NCBI RefSeq assembly: GCF_018977255.1 | Contig: NW_024705111.1 | Location: 1-64,000, forward strand | DNA length: 64,000 nt | Direction: 5' to 3' | DNA from: Callorhinchus milii | Taxonomy: Eukaryota | Shown: positions 23,466 through 36,164 of the stretch, piece by piece | Layout of the letters: each line of letters opens with the position of its first letter | Numbering within the stretch: position 1 is the first letter of the stretch | Translations under genes and position numbers: made by a program | Notes under the pieces: generated by a model | Seen by the model: the letters and a program-made list of their open reading frames with translations, nothing else | Told to the model about the DNA's origin: nothing | Database searches by the model: none

Positions 23466-26400
23466 GCTGTTGGAACTGTCGGAGCGACAAAAAAAGGAAA
23501 AGTGACATTGGTGCGACGTCATTGTTCATCAGCAGCGCCGGAGACAAACAGCCACAAACTGTCACAAACCACAACACTGACAGCAAAAAAACCAAAAAAA
23601 CAAAAATAAAAAATATGTGAGAAGATGATGGCAGTGAAATGCGGGGACTGTGACACGTGAGAGTTAATGGAGGGCCCTGATCCCGGGCGACTGGATCTGC
23701 ACCAAGTGTCTGCAGCTCAGGAAGCTCCAGCTGAGAGGAGCTGAGCCGGAAGCCGAGGTGCAGACACTGCGCTCCATCAGGGACAGTGAGAGGTTCCTGG
23801 ACAGTATGATGGAGGAAACCATCACTCCCCTGAGGCTCGGGAGATGCTTGTATGTGGTTAATGCTCAAGGATAGGATGGTTTCATCAGTCCTGCAGATAA
23901 TGGGACCCCTGAGAGGGGTGATCGAACCTTGGGCTTCAAACTTGTACAACGGATGTGAGGATTTGATGGGCCAGACACGTCAGGAGGTGGTCACCCCACC
24001 CCACACACCCGAGAGTTCAGACGGAAAATGGCTGTGTGACTGTCCGGCATGGTAGGAAGAGGGGACGGGTTGGGCAGAATGCCCCCAATTGTGTTGCTCT
24101 CTCAAACCGGTACTCTGTACTGAACATTGAGAGTGTTGATATCTCCAGGGAGAACAGTAAAAACAGATTGGTTGAACAGGAGGACATAGGTAACAGGAGC
24201 AATGCTGCTGTCAGAGGGTATACAACAGTGAGAGGTATAGACAGGCGTTTCTGTAACAGAAGACGGGAATCAAGGATGGTATGCTGCCTGCCCGGTGCAA
24301 CAGTCTGAGACATCGTGGAACGGGTGGATAAAACTCTTCAGGGGGAAGAAGAACATTCAGAAGTGGTGGTCCAGGTTGGGATCGATGATATTGGTGAAAA
24401 AAAGGGCTAAGGCTCTACAGGGTGAATATCAAAAGCTGGGGAACATACTAAAGAATAGAACATCCAAGGTGGTGATCTCTGGATCTCGGGAAAATAAGTA
24501 CCAGAATGACAGGATCAAGCATATGAATGCTTGGCTGGAGAAATGGTCCAGAAAAGAGGGCTTCGGGTTTCTGGATCATTGGGACCAGTTCTGGGGCAGG
24601 TGGGACCTGTATCACATGGATGGGTTACACCTTAACAGCGCTGGGGCGAACGTGCTTGCAGACAGGCTAACTAATGGTGTTGGGGAGGGGTTAAACTAGT
24701 TTTGAGGGGGGAAGGGAATGCAAAAAACAAAGAGCTGGAAAATGGAGAAATAAAACGGGGGAAGTGCAGAACAAGTCAAGTCGGTCTTGTAGTGCATGTA
24801 CCTAAATGCACGGAGTTTAGCAAACAAGATTGGTGAGCTGCAGCTCAAGTGGTCACGGGGATACGATGTAGTAGCAGGAACAGACTTGGCTCAAACAAGG
24901 ACAGGAATGGGGGCTGAATATTCATGGAAAGGGAATATTCCTGAATAGCCGTGGAAATGGTCGAGGTGCTGGAGGGCCCAAAACGGAATCTATCTGGTTA
25001 GAGTTAAGGAACAAAAAAGGAGCTGTTACTCTGGAAGGGGTATACTATAGACCACCAAATAGTGGGAAGGAAATAGATGAGCAGATCTGCAAGCAGATCT
25101 CAGACAGATGCAAGGCCAATAGAGTCGTGATAATGGGGGACTTTAATTATCCCAACATAGACTGAACAGTGCAAAGGGCAAGGAGGGGGAAAGATTCCTA
25201 AAATGCGTACAGGACAACTTTCTTGATCAGTACGTTTCCAGCCCAACAAGGAAGTTCTGGGGAATGAAGTAGGGCAAGTGGAGCAGGTTTCAGTGGGAGA
25301 GCATCTGGGCAATAGCGATCACAACATCATTAGATTCAGAGTGCATATGGAAAGAGACAAGGAACCATCTAAGGTGAAGATACTCAACTGGAAGAGGGCA
25401 AATTTCAGTGAGTTAAAAAGGGACCGGGCCAAGGTGGACTGGAAAGAAAGATTGGCAGGTAAAACAACTAAAGAGCAGTGGGAAGTCTTCAAGGATGAGA
25501 TAGCTCACGGACAGAATAAATACATTCCCACAACAGGGAATAGTAGGGCAATTCCCTACTAAAATAGGGAAGGTAATTGTATCTAGAATGAAGCAGAAAA
25601 AGGAGGTGTATGACGAATGTCAAACCCAAGATACAGAAGACAACCAAATCGAATATAGGAAGTGCAGAAGAGGTTTGAAAAAGGAAATAAGAGCAAAGGC
25701 AAAAAGATTATACGAGAAAAGGTTAGCGGGTAACATGAAAGGGAATTCTAAAATATTTTACAAACATATCAAGGAAAAAAGGTTAGTCAAAGGTAGGGTG
25801 GGGCCAATTAAGGACTAAGGCGGAAATCTTACTGGGGAGGCAGAGGGCAATGGCTGATGTGCTGAATGAGTTCTTTGCATCTGTCTTCAGAAAAGAAATG
25901 GAAGCACCAAATGCCGCAGTATCGGAGGAGAGAGTATTGGAAATGGATAGGATAAGTATAAACAGAGAGGAAGTACTGAAAAGGTTGACTGGGCTGAAGG
26001 TAGATAAGTGGCCCGGTCCGGACGGGATGCAGCCGAGGTTCCTATGGGAGGTACGGGTACAAATAGTGGAGGCTGCGGCTACAATTTTTCAATCTTCGTT
26101 GGGCACAGGAGTGGTGCCCGAGGACTGGAGAGTGGCCAATGTGACTTCCCTGTACAAAAGGGGACAGAAGGACAAACCTGGGAACTACAGACCAGTACAG
26201 CCTAACATCAGTAGTGGGGAAACTCCTGGAGACTATAATCCGGGACAGAATACATCTTCACTTAGAAGAATATGGGTTAATTAGGGACAGGCAGCACGGA
26301 TTTGTTAAAAGAAAATCTTGTCTAACAAATCTAATAGAATTTTTTGATGAGGTAACGGAGAGGGGATAAAGGCAGTGCAGTTGATATCGTTTATATGGAC

Positions 26401-27563
26401 TGTCAAAAGGCATTTGACAAAGTGCCACATGAACGACTTGTAAGAAAGATAGAAGCCCACGGTATAAAAGGGACAGTGGCAGCGGATCCAGAACTCACTG
26501 GGAGACAGAGAGCAGAGAGTTGTGGTGAACGGCTGCTTTCCTGACTGGAGGGAAGTGTACAGTGGTGTCAGTATTGGGACCACTGCGAGAGAACAGAGAG
26601 ACCTGGGGGCAGGTAACTGAATCCTTGAAGGTGTCATGACAGGGAGATACAGCTGTAAAAGGGCATATGGGATACCAGGCTTTATAAATAGGGGCATAGA
26701 GTACAAGAGTCAGGACGTTATGATTAACCGATATAAACACTGGTTAGGCCTCAGTTAGAATACTGCCCCAGTTCTGGGCACCTCACTATAGGAAGGATGT
26801 TAAGGCATTGGAAAGGGTACAGAGGGGATTTACGAGGATGGTACCAGGAATGAGGGACCGTGATGATGAGGAAAGGCTGGAGAGGTGAGGATTATTCTCA
26901 TTGGAGCAGAGAAGGTTACGAGGACCTGATAGAGGTCTTCAAAATCATGAGGGGATTTGATGGGTTAGAAAGGGACAAACTGTTCCCACTGGTGGGTGTG
27001 TCGGTGACTTGAGGTCACAGATTCAAAATAGTCTCTAAAAGAAGCCGAGGAGAGAAGAAATATTTTCACGCAGTGAGTTGTTGGAATCTGGAACCCATTG
27101 CCTGAAAGGTCGGACGAGGCCGATTCCATAACTACTTTTAAAAACGCGGTGGACGGGTATTTGAGGAGGACGGGTTTGCAGGTTATGGGGAAAGGGCCGG
27201 GGACTGGGATTGACCAGGATGGTACCAGGAATGACGGACTTCAGTTATCAGAAGAGGTTAGAGAAGTGAGGATTACTCTCCTTGGGGCAGAGAAAGTTAA
27301 GAGGAGATTTAATAGAAGTTTTCAAATTGATGAGGGGATTTGATAGGGTGAACAGGAGAAACTATTCCCACTGGCGGGTGGGTCGGTAACTCGAGGGCAC
27401 TGATTTAATATAGTTGTTAAAAGAAACAGAGGGGAGGGGAGGAGAAATGTTTTCACAGCGAGTTGTTGGGATCTGGAATTTTTGCCTGAGAGCCCGGTGG
27501 GAGCCGATTAAATAATAGCTTTTAAGAGAAAAGTAGATAATTATTTGGGAGGACAAGCTTACA
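23466..27563 (+). mobile_element. Degenerate CR1 crossing the arm/spacer boundary, with tandemly duplicated 3' region
   Basis: ORF1 remnants (MVCCLPGA, RIKHMNAWL, GANVLA), ORF2 [21 protein letters not shown]; 3' segment 26870-27200 repeated at 27230-27560. Confidence 0.87.
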
Positions 27564-30500
27564 GGGCTATGGGGAGAGAGCGGGGGAGTGGGGTTGATCA
27601 GGGCTATGGGGAGAGAGCGGGGGAGTGGGGTTGATCAGGGCTATGGGGAGATAGCGGAGGAGTGAGGTTGATCAGGGCTATGGGGAGAGAGTGGGGGAGT
27701 GGGGTTGATCGGGGCTATGGGGAGATAGCGGAGGACTGAGGTTGATCGGGGCTATGGGGAGAGCGCGAGGGAGTGGGGTTGATCAGGGCTATGGGGAGAT
27801 AGCGGAGGAGTGAGGTTGATCAGGGCTATGGGGAGAGCGGAGGAGTGGCGTCGATCAAGGCTATGGGGAGAGAGCGGGGGAGTGGGGTTGATCGGGGCTA
27901 TGGGGAGAGAGCAGGGGAGTGGGGTTAATCAGGGCTATGGGCAGAGCGCGGGGGAGTGGGGTTGATCAGGGCTATGGGGAGAAAGTGGAGGAGTTGGGTT
28001 GATAAGGGGTATGGGGAGAAAGCGGGGGAGTGGGTTTGATCAGAGCTATGTGGAGAGCGCGGAGGAGTGGGGTTGATAAGGGGTATTGGGAGAGAGCGGG
28101 GGAGTGGGTTTGATCAGAGCTATGTGGAGAGAGTGATGGAGTGGGGTTGATCAGGGCTATGGGGGGGGAGTGGGGTTGATCAGGGCTATGGGAGAAAGTG
28201 GGGGAGTTGGGTTGATCAGGGCTATGGGGAGAGAACGGGGGAGTGGGGTTGATCAGGGCTATGGGGAGAGAACGGGGGAGTGGGGTTGATCAGGGCTATG
28301 GGGAGAGACAGGGCCAGTGGGGTTGATCAGGGCTATGGGGAGAGCGCGGGGGAGTGGGGTTGATCAGGGCTATGGGGAGAGCGGGGGAGTGGGGTTGATT
28401 AGGGCAATGGGGAGAGAGCGGGGGAGTGGGGTTGATCAGGGCTATGGGGAGAGTGTGGGGGAGTCGGGTTGATCAGGGCTATGGGGAGACAGCGGATCAG
28501 TGGGGTTGATCAGGGCTTTGGGGAGAGCGCGGGGGAGTGGGGTTGATCAGGGCTATGGGGAGAGCGCGGGGGAGTGGGGTTGATCAGGGCTAAGGGGAGG
28601 GAGGGGGGAGTGGCGTTGATCAGGGCTATGGGGAGAGCGCAGGGCAGTGGGGTTGATCAGGGCTATGGGGAGAAAGTGGGGGAGTGGGGTTGATCAGGGC
28701 TATGGGGAGAGAGAGGGGGAATGGGTTTGATCGGGGCTATGGGGAGAGAGCGGGGGAGTGGGGTTGATCGGGGCTATGGGGAGAGAGCGGGGGAGTGGGG
28801 TTGATCGGGGCTATGGGGAGAGAGCGGGGAGTGGGGTTGATCAGGGCTATGGGGAGAGAGTGGGGGAGTGGGGATGATCAGGGCTATGGGGAGAGAGAGG
28901 GAGATTTGGGTTGATCAGGGCTGTGGGGACAGAGCGGGGGAGTGGGGTTAATCAGTGGTATGGGGAGAGAGTGGGGGAGTCGGGTTGATCAGGACTATGG
29001 GGAGAGAGCGGGGGAGTACGGTTGACAAGGGCTATGGGGAGAGCGCTGGGGAGTGGGGTCGATCAGTGCTATGGGGAGAGCGCGGGGGAGTGGGGTTTAT
29101 CACGGCTATGGGGAGAGAGCGGGGGAGTGGGGAGCGGGGGAGATTAGGGCTATGGGGATAGAGCGGGTGAGTGGGGTTAATCAGGGCTATGGGGAGAGAG
29201 CGGGGGAGTGAGATTGATCAGGTCTCTGGGGAGAGCGCGGGGGAGTGGCTTCGATCAGTGATATGGGGAGAGCGGGGAGGTGTGGGGTCAATCAGGGCTA
29301 TGGGGAGAGAGCGGCGGAGTGGGGTTTGAACAGGGCTATGGGGAGAGAGAGGGGGATTGGGTTTGATCAGGGCTATGGGGAGAGAGGGTGAGTGGGGTTG
29401 ATCAGGGCTAAGGGGAGAGAGGGGGAGTGGGGTTGATCAGGGCTATGGGGAGAGAGTGGGGGAGTGTGGTTGATCAGGGCTATGGGGAGAGAGGGGGAGT
29501 GGGGTTGATCAGGGCTATGAGGAGAGGGCGTGGGAATTGGGTTGATCAGGGCTGTGGGGACAGAGCGGGGGAGTCGGGTTAATCAGTGCTATGGGGAGAG
29601 AGTGGGGGAGTACGGTTGACAAGGGCTATGGGGAGAGCGCTGGGGAGTGGGGTCGATCAGTGCTATGGGGAGAGCACGGGGGAGTGGGGTTGATCAGGGC
29701 TATGGGGAGAGAGGGGGAGTGGGGTTGATCAGGGCTATGGGGAGAGAGGAGGAGTGGGGTTGATCAGGGCTATGGGGAGAGCGCGGGGGAGTTTGGTTGA
29801 TCAGGTCTATGGGGAGAGCGCGGGGGAGTGGGGTTGATCAGGGCTATGGGGAGAGCGCGGGGGAGCTTGGTTGATCACTGCTATGGGGAGAGCGCGGGGG
29901 AGTGGGGTTGATCAGGGCTATGGGGAGAAAGTGGGAGAGTTCGGTTGATCAGGGCTATGGGGAGAATGTGGGGGAGTTGGGTTGATTGGGGCTGTAGGGA
30001 GAGGGCGGGGGAGTGGGGTTGATCAGGGCTATGGGGAGGGAGGGGGAGTGGGATCGTTGAGATCTATGGGAGTGAGCGGGAAAGTGTAGTTGATCAGGGC
30101 TGTGGGGAGAGAGAGGGGGAGTGGGGTTGATCAGGGCTATGGGGAGAGAGGGGGGAGTGGGGTTGATCAGGGCTATGGGGAGAGCGCTGGGGTGTGGGGT
30201 TGATCGGGGCTATGGGGAGAGAGCGGGGGAGTGGGGTTGATCGGGGCTATGGGGAGAGCGGGGGAGTGGGGTTGATCGGGGCTATGGGGACAGCGGGGGA
30301 GTGGGGTTAATCAGGGCTATGGGGAGAGAGGGGGAGTGGGGTTGATCAGGGCTATGGTGAGAGAGGAGGAGTGGGGTTGATCAGGGCTATGGGGAGAGAG
30401 GGGGAGTGGGGTTGATCAGGGCTATGGGGAGAGAGGAGGAGTGGGGTTGATCAGGGCTATGGGGAGAGCGCGGGGGAGTTTGTTGATCAGGTCTATGGGG

Positions 30501-32189
30501 AGAGCGCGGGGGAGTTTGGTTGATCAGGTCTATGGGGAGAGCGCGGGGGAGTGGGGTTGATCAGGGCTATGGGGAGAGCACGGGGGAGTTTGGTCGATCA
30601 CTGCTACGGGGAGAGCGCGGGGGAGTGGGGTTGATCAGGGCTATGGGGAGAGCGTGGGGGAGTGGGGTTGATCAGGGCTATGGGGAGAAAGTGGGAGAGT
30701 TCGGTTGATCAGGGCTATGGGGAGAATGTGGGGGAGTTAGGTTGATTGGGGCTGTAGGGAGAGGGCGGGGGAGTGGGGTTGATCAGGGCTATGGGAGGGA
30801 GGGGGAGTGGGATCGTTGAGATCTATGGGAGTGAGCGGGAAAGTGTAGTTGATCAGGGCTGTGGGGAGAGAGAGGGGGAGTGGGGTTGATCAGGGCTATG
30901 GGGAGAGACAGGGCCAGTGGGGTTGATCAGGGCTATGGGGAGAGAGGGGGGAGTGGGGTTGATCGGGGCTATGGGGAGAGCGCAGTGGAGATGGGTTGAT
31001 TAGAACTATTGGGAGTGGGTGGGGAGTGGGGTTGATCGGGGCTATGGGGAGAGAGCGGGGGAGTGGGGTTGATCGGGGCTATGGGGAGAGAGCGGGGGAG
31101 AGGGGTTGATCGGGGCTATGGGGAGACAGCGGGGGAGTGGGGTTAATCAGGGCTATGGGGAGAGAGCGGGGGAGTGAGATTGATCAGGTCTCTGGGGAGA
31201 GCGCGGGTGAGTGGCTTCGATCAGTGATATGGGGAGAGCGCTGGGGTGTGGGGTCAATGAGGGCTATGGGGAGAGAGCGGCGGAGTGTGGTTTGAACAGG
31301 GCTGTGGGGAGAGAGAGGGGTAATGGTGTTGATCAGGGCTATGGGGAGATCGGGGGAGTGGGTTTGATCAGGGCTATGGGAGAGCGCGGGGGAGTTGGGT
31401 TGATCAGGGCGATGGGGAGAGAGTGGGGGAGTGGGGTTGATCAGGGCTATGGGGAGTGAGCGGGGGAGTGGAGTTGATCGGGGCTATGGGGAGACAGCGG
31501 GGGAGTCGGTTTGATTAGGGCTATGGGGAGAGAGAGAGAGAGTGGGGTTAATCAGGTCTCTGGGAAGAGCGCGGGGGAGTGGCTTCAATCAGTGATATGG
31601 GGAGAGCGCGCGGGTGTGGGGTCAATGAGGGCTATGGGGAGAGAGCGGCGGAGTGGGGTTTGAACAGGGCTGTGGGGAGAGAGGGGTAGTGGGGTTGATC
31701 AGGGCTATGGGGAGAGAGGGGGAGTGGGGTTGATCAGGGCTATGGGGAGAGAGGGGGAGTGGGGTTGATCAGGGCTATGGGGAGAGAGGGGGAGTGGGGT
31801 TGATCAGGGCTTTGGGGAGAGAGGGGGAGTGGGGTTGATCAGGGCTTTGGGGAGAGAGGGGGAGTGGGGTTGATCAGGGTTGGGGGAGGGGGGAGTGGGG
31901 TTGATCAGGGCTTGGGGAGAGAGGGGGAGTGGGGTTGATCAGGGCTTGGGGAGAGAGGGGGAGTGGGTTGATCAGGGCTTTGGGGGAGAGGGGAGTGGGG
32001 TTGATCAGGGCTTTGGGGAGAGAGGGGGAGTGGGGTTGATCAGGGCTTTGGGAGAGAGGGGGAGTGGGGTTGATCAGGGCTTTGGGGAGAGAGGGGGAGT
32101 GGGGTTGATCAGGGCTTTGGGGAGAGAGGGGGAGTGGGGTTGATCAGGGCTTTGGGGAGAGAGGGGGAGTGGGGTTGATCAGGGCTATG
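27564..32189. repeat. 4.6 kb G-rich satellite, ~37-bp unit gggctatggggagagagcgggggagtggggttgatca
   Basis: About 125 units; four G-runs of 3 or more per unit; continuous with the CR1 3' end. Confidence 0.96.
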
Positions 32190-32287
32190 TACCTACACAC
32201 AGTGAGAGTTTAGGGTGTGTACCCACACAAAGCTTCTGAGGACATTTGAGGAGCTGAAATCTCAGTAAAATCTGGACACAGTATAAG
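32189..32287. other. Displaced V3 downstream flank (1.5 units of the 30-mer plus conserved aagcttctgaggacatttgagg...cacagtataag)
   Basis: Homologous to 2771-2870 next to V1. Confidence 0.85.
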
Positions 32288-35000
32288 AACATAAGCATTA
32301 GGAGCAGGAGTCGGCCATTCGTCCCCTCGAGCCTGTGCCCCGCCATTCGATAAGATCACGGCTGATCTCCTGACCGGACTCTAATTACCCGCTCTCTCCC
32401 CATATCCCCTAATCCCTCTGTTGTTTAAACGTCTGTCAGTCTCAGCCTTGAAGATGTTGAAGGACTGACATCTACAGCCTTCGGGGGGAGTGGATTCCAT
32501 AAAGTCACTGCCCTCTGAGTGAAGATATGTTTCCTCAACTCTGTTCTAAAAGGCTGACCCTTAATTTTCAGACTGTGACCCCCGGTTACAGATTCTCCCA
32601 CCGGGGAAACAGACCCTCAGTGTCTACTTTATCCGCCCTTTAAGAATCTTATGTTTCACTAAGATCTCCCCTAATTCTTCTGTACTCCAGAGAATACAGC
32701 CCTTGTTCCTCACTCCCTTCGTCTCGCTCCCTCCCTTCCCATTTTCTGGTCTCTTTTCGACCGCGCCTTAGGTCACCTTCCCACCCCTCCCCCTGGCTCG
32801 GTCCCGGGATCCGTTACTGTAAAGCGCTCTGAGACGCCGTCCGGCATGGAAGGCGCTATATAAATCCAAGTTGTTGTTGTAGTTTATTCAGCCTCTCCTC
32901 ATAGGTCAGTCCCCTCATCCCAGGCACTAACCGAGTGAATCTACGCTGCACCCCCTCGAGGGCAAGTATGTCCTTTTTTAAATAAGGAGACCAACACTGC
33001 ACACAATACTGTCGGTGCGGTCTCACCAAAGCCCTATATAGCTGCAGCGAGACTTCCCTACTCTTGTACTCTAAACCTTTGGCAATGAACGCTAATATGC
33101 CGTTCGCCTTCTCAGTTGCTGCTGAACCTGCAAACTAACTTTTTGAGACTGGTGTACACGGACACCCAAATCCCTCTGAACACTAACACTGTCTAATCTC
33201 TCCCCCTCTAGAAAATAATCTGTTTTTCTATTTTTGCTGCCGAGGTGAATAACTTCACACTTCCCCACATTAAATTCCATCTGCCACCGACTCGCCCACT
33301 CCCCTCGCCTGTCTATATCCCATTGCAATCTTTTGCATCATCCTCAGAGCTCACTCTCCCACCGAGTTTAGTGTCATCCGCAAATTTAGATACGTTACAT
33401 TCAATGTCCTCGTCCGGATCATTGATGTAAATTGTAAATGGCTGAGGCCCAAACACTGATCCTTGTGGCACTCCCCAAGTCACCTCCTGCCAATTCGAGA
33501 ATGACCCGTTTATCCCTACTCTCTGTTTTCTACCCCTTATCCACTCTTCAATCCATGTTAATATGTTCCCATTAATCCCGTGGGCCTTAACCTTGTGCAA
33601 TAGCCTTTTGTGTGGCACTTTGTCAAATGCCTTCTTAAAACCTAAATATACTACATCTACTGGTTCCCCCCTCTCTAACCTGCAGATACATCTTCAAAAC
33701 ACTCTAAAAGATTAGTGAAGCGTGACTTCCCTTTTGTAAAGCCGTGTTGACTGCCTACTCTTGTTATGGTCTTCCAGGAATCCCATAACCACATCCTTAA
33801 TTAAGGACTCAAGAATTTTCCCTATCACTGAAGTCAGACTAACTGGTCTATAGTGCCCCATCTTTTCTCTCCCACCCTCTTAAATAGTGGTGTCACGTTT
33901 GCAATCTTCCAATCAATGGGAACGATTCCAGAATCCAGAGAATTTTGGAAGATCAAAGGCAAGCCATCCACTATCTCAGTAGTCACCTCTTTATAAACCC
34001 TAGGATGTAGGCCATCAGGTCCAGGGGATTTATCAGTTTTAAGACCTGACAATTTACTTAAAACCATTTCTTTACTAATATTAATTCCCCCAAGTTGCTC
34101 GCTAACATTGTCTTCTTGGTTCCCCTCTATTCTTGGTAGGTTTTCAGTGTCTTCTCAGGTGAAGACAGTAGCAAAGTACTTGTTTAATGACTCTGCCATG
34201 TCTTTGTCCCCTACTGTAATTCCCCCCGTCTCTGCCTGTAGCGGACCCACATTTACCTTTGACAGCCTCTCCCAATCCTCGGGTTTACTCCTCATTTTAG
34301 CTGTTTTATAGGCTTCTTCCTTTAACTTTATACTGTCCCGAACTACTCCAGTTAGCCACGGTTGGGCCACCTTTCCCGTGGCATTCTTAGTCCTCAAAGG
34401 AATATGTGCTCGCTGGGAATTTTGCACTATCTGCTTAAACGTCTGCCATTGCTGGTCTACTGTCAAATCCTTCAGTCTAAGTTCCCAGTTTATTTTAGCT
34501 AAATCCTCTCTCATACCAGCAAAGTTGGCTCTACTTAAATTTAAGACCTTTGTTTCGGACTTAACTACTTCTCTCTCTAACTTAATGCTAAATTCCATCA
34601 TAGCCTTAATTTCCAGTTTGCTGATCAGTCCTGTTTCATTACACAAAACAAGGGCTAATATGGCCTGTTCCCTGGTTGGCCCCTCGGCACGCTGATCGAG
34701 ATAATTATCCCTCATTCTATAAACTCTTCCTCTATCATACTTTTTCCCAATTTGGTTGTCCCAGTCTATATGCAGATTAAAATCACCCACAATTAATGAT
34801 TTTCCTTTACTCTATGCTCTGCTAATTTCCTGATTTATACCTTGAGAGATACTGTGACTGCTGTTCGGGGGTCTATAAACTACTCCCACTGGTGTTTTCT
34901 GGCCCTTGTTGTTACGTACCTCTACCCACACTGACTCTACTTCCTGCTCTTCTGATTTAAAATCTTTCCTCTCTACTGTTTTTATCCAATCCTTTTTTAG
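32288..35000 (-). mobile_element. 5'-truncated CR1 inserted just 3' of the V3 donor, with nested L2 3' piece (~32705-32880, +)
   Basis: [17 protein letters not shown]-like, KFADDTK; tail aacataagcattaggagcagg; flanks rejoin the V1-type sequence cagtataag|tttactcac. Confidence 0.9.
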
Positions 35001-35009
35001 TTTACTCAC

Positions 35010-35351
35010 TGGTTACATTCAGTCGTGTCCCTTGCCCACAGATAGGTCCCCCCGCACAGCAGCGATAGACGGCAGTGTCACTGACTTTCACGTGTTCAAA
35101 TTTGAGAATGTAGGTGTTATTGGAGATGAATCTGTACGGCTTGAGATGACGAGAGGATCCTGAGGGGTATGATTTCCTGCCATCTATTCGATGTGTTAAA
35201 ATCCACTTGCTCTGCTGTCCCGGGAGATGTTGGTACCAGTTTACATCGGTGCGGCTCACGTCGCCGTCCTTCATGATGCACTGAAACCAGGCCGAGTGTC
35301 CTTGTGTGACACGTTCCAGGGTCGGGGACTGAATGAGGAGATGAACAGCAC
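35010..35351 (-). CDS. V3: divergent Ig V-set VJ exon in the spacer
   Basis: GAVHLLIQSP...FQC...VNWYQ...DTAVYRCCAGGPICGQGTRLNVT. 342 nt, intact acceptor and donor, phase 1/1. Confidence 0.9.
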
Positions 35352-35574
35352 CTTTAAGGGACAAATCTCCGTCAGTTACAGTCCAACCTGGAGGGAACAG
35401 TCCTACACTGATCACAGGCAATTAGTTTGTTTCAAATCAGTGACTAAACTAAATATTGTCACTAACATTACATTAAATTATAACAATTATATAATACATT
35501 TGATTGTATAATCCAACGTGAAGATTCTCCTCAATGGGACAGACCAAAGCTTTTATCTAATCCCAGAGAGTGAC

Positions 35575-35710
35575 CGATTGATTATTGTTTTATTTTCTTG
35601 AGGGATTATTATCAGGTGTGTGAGTAAGGAACTTGCCCAAGGTTTTGCCGGGAATCGAATCCAGATCTCTCGCTTGCGAGCCAAATGCTCCAAACACTGA
35701 GCTACAGGAC
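35575..35710 (-). mobile_element. Partial SINE head
   Basis: Reverse-complemented tRNA-like head (ccgggaatcgaatccagatctctcgcttgcgag). Confidence 0.7.
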
Positions 35711-35767
35711 TGCTGTATAACACAGGACTCGTGTATAGCTACAGGATTCCCGTACAATATTACATCA

Positions 35768-36164
35768 TGTAACAGTGCTCTGGGGGACTGCAGACCCGTC
35801 TGCTTCAGAACCAGTACAATCAGATGCCAATCACATTGGTTATTTACCAGAGGTCTTACCTTGAGGCAAACTTCACTCCAAAGCTTTGCCCTTCCCTGGA
35901 GGTCTGACTGGTTCAGGATTGAGCAGGTTTGGGCACGGTTCCTGATGCCTGGCTTGATAACAGGCACCAGGAACAAAAGGGGTGTAGAGGTGTTGGCAGG
36001 CAGGATAGATAGTTTGGTTATCATAGAACCGTAGAATTATACAGCACAGAAGGAGGCCATTCGGCCCATTGAGTCTGTGCCAGCTCTTTGAAAAGAGCTA
36101 TGGAATTCTCCCCCGCGCTCTCCCCAGAGCCCTGCACACCTGTCTCCCCCAAATAATTATCTAC
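35768..36164 (-). other. Conserved block upstream of V3 (hairpin 35938-35974, putative exon end 35860) plus CR1 tail, cut at the right-arm junction
   Basis: Closely matches 5111-5507; one difference seen in the ~260-bp non-TE core. Confidence 0.6.

Larger units (their letters stand above)
1..24464. repeat. Left arm of giant inverted repeat (probably extends beyond window start)
   Basis: Reverse complement of 36165-~59947. Paired landmarks: 2880/57103, 6137/53841, 24464/36165. ORFs recur in mirror order on the opposite strand. Confidence 0.97.

Noticed and set aside
24465-36164. Whole palindrome as a simple read fold-back artefact
   Set aside because: Provisionally rejected: the arms differ by a deletion, clustered substitutions and array lengths, and flank a unique 11.7 kb spacer. 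Read-level confirmation is still needed.
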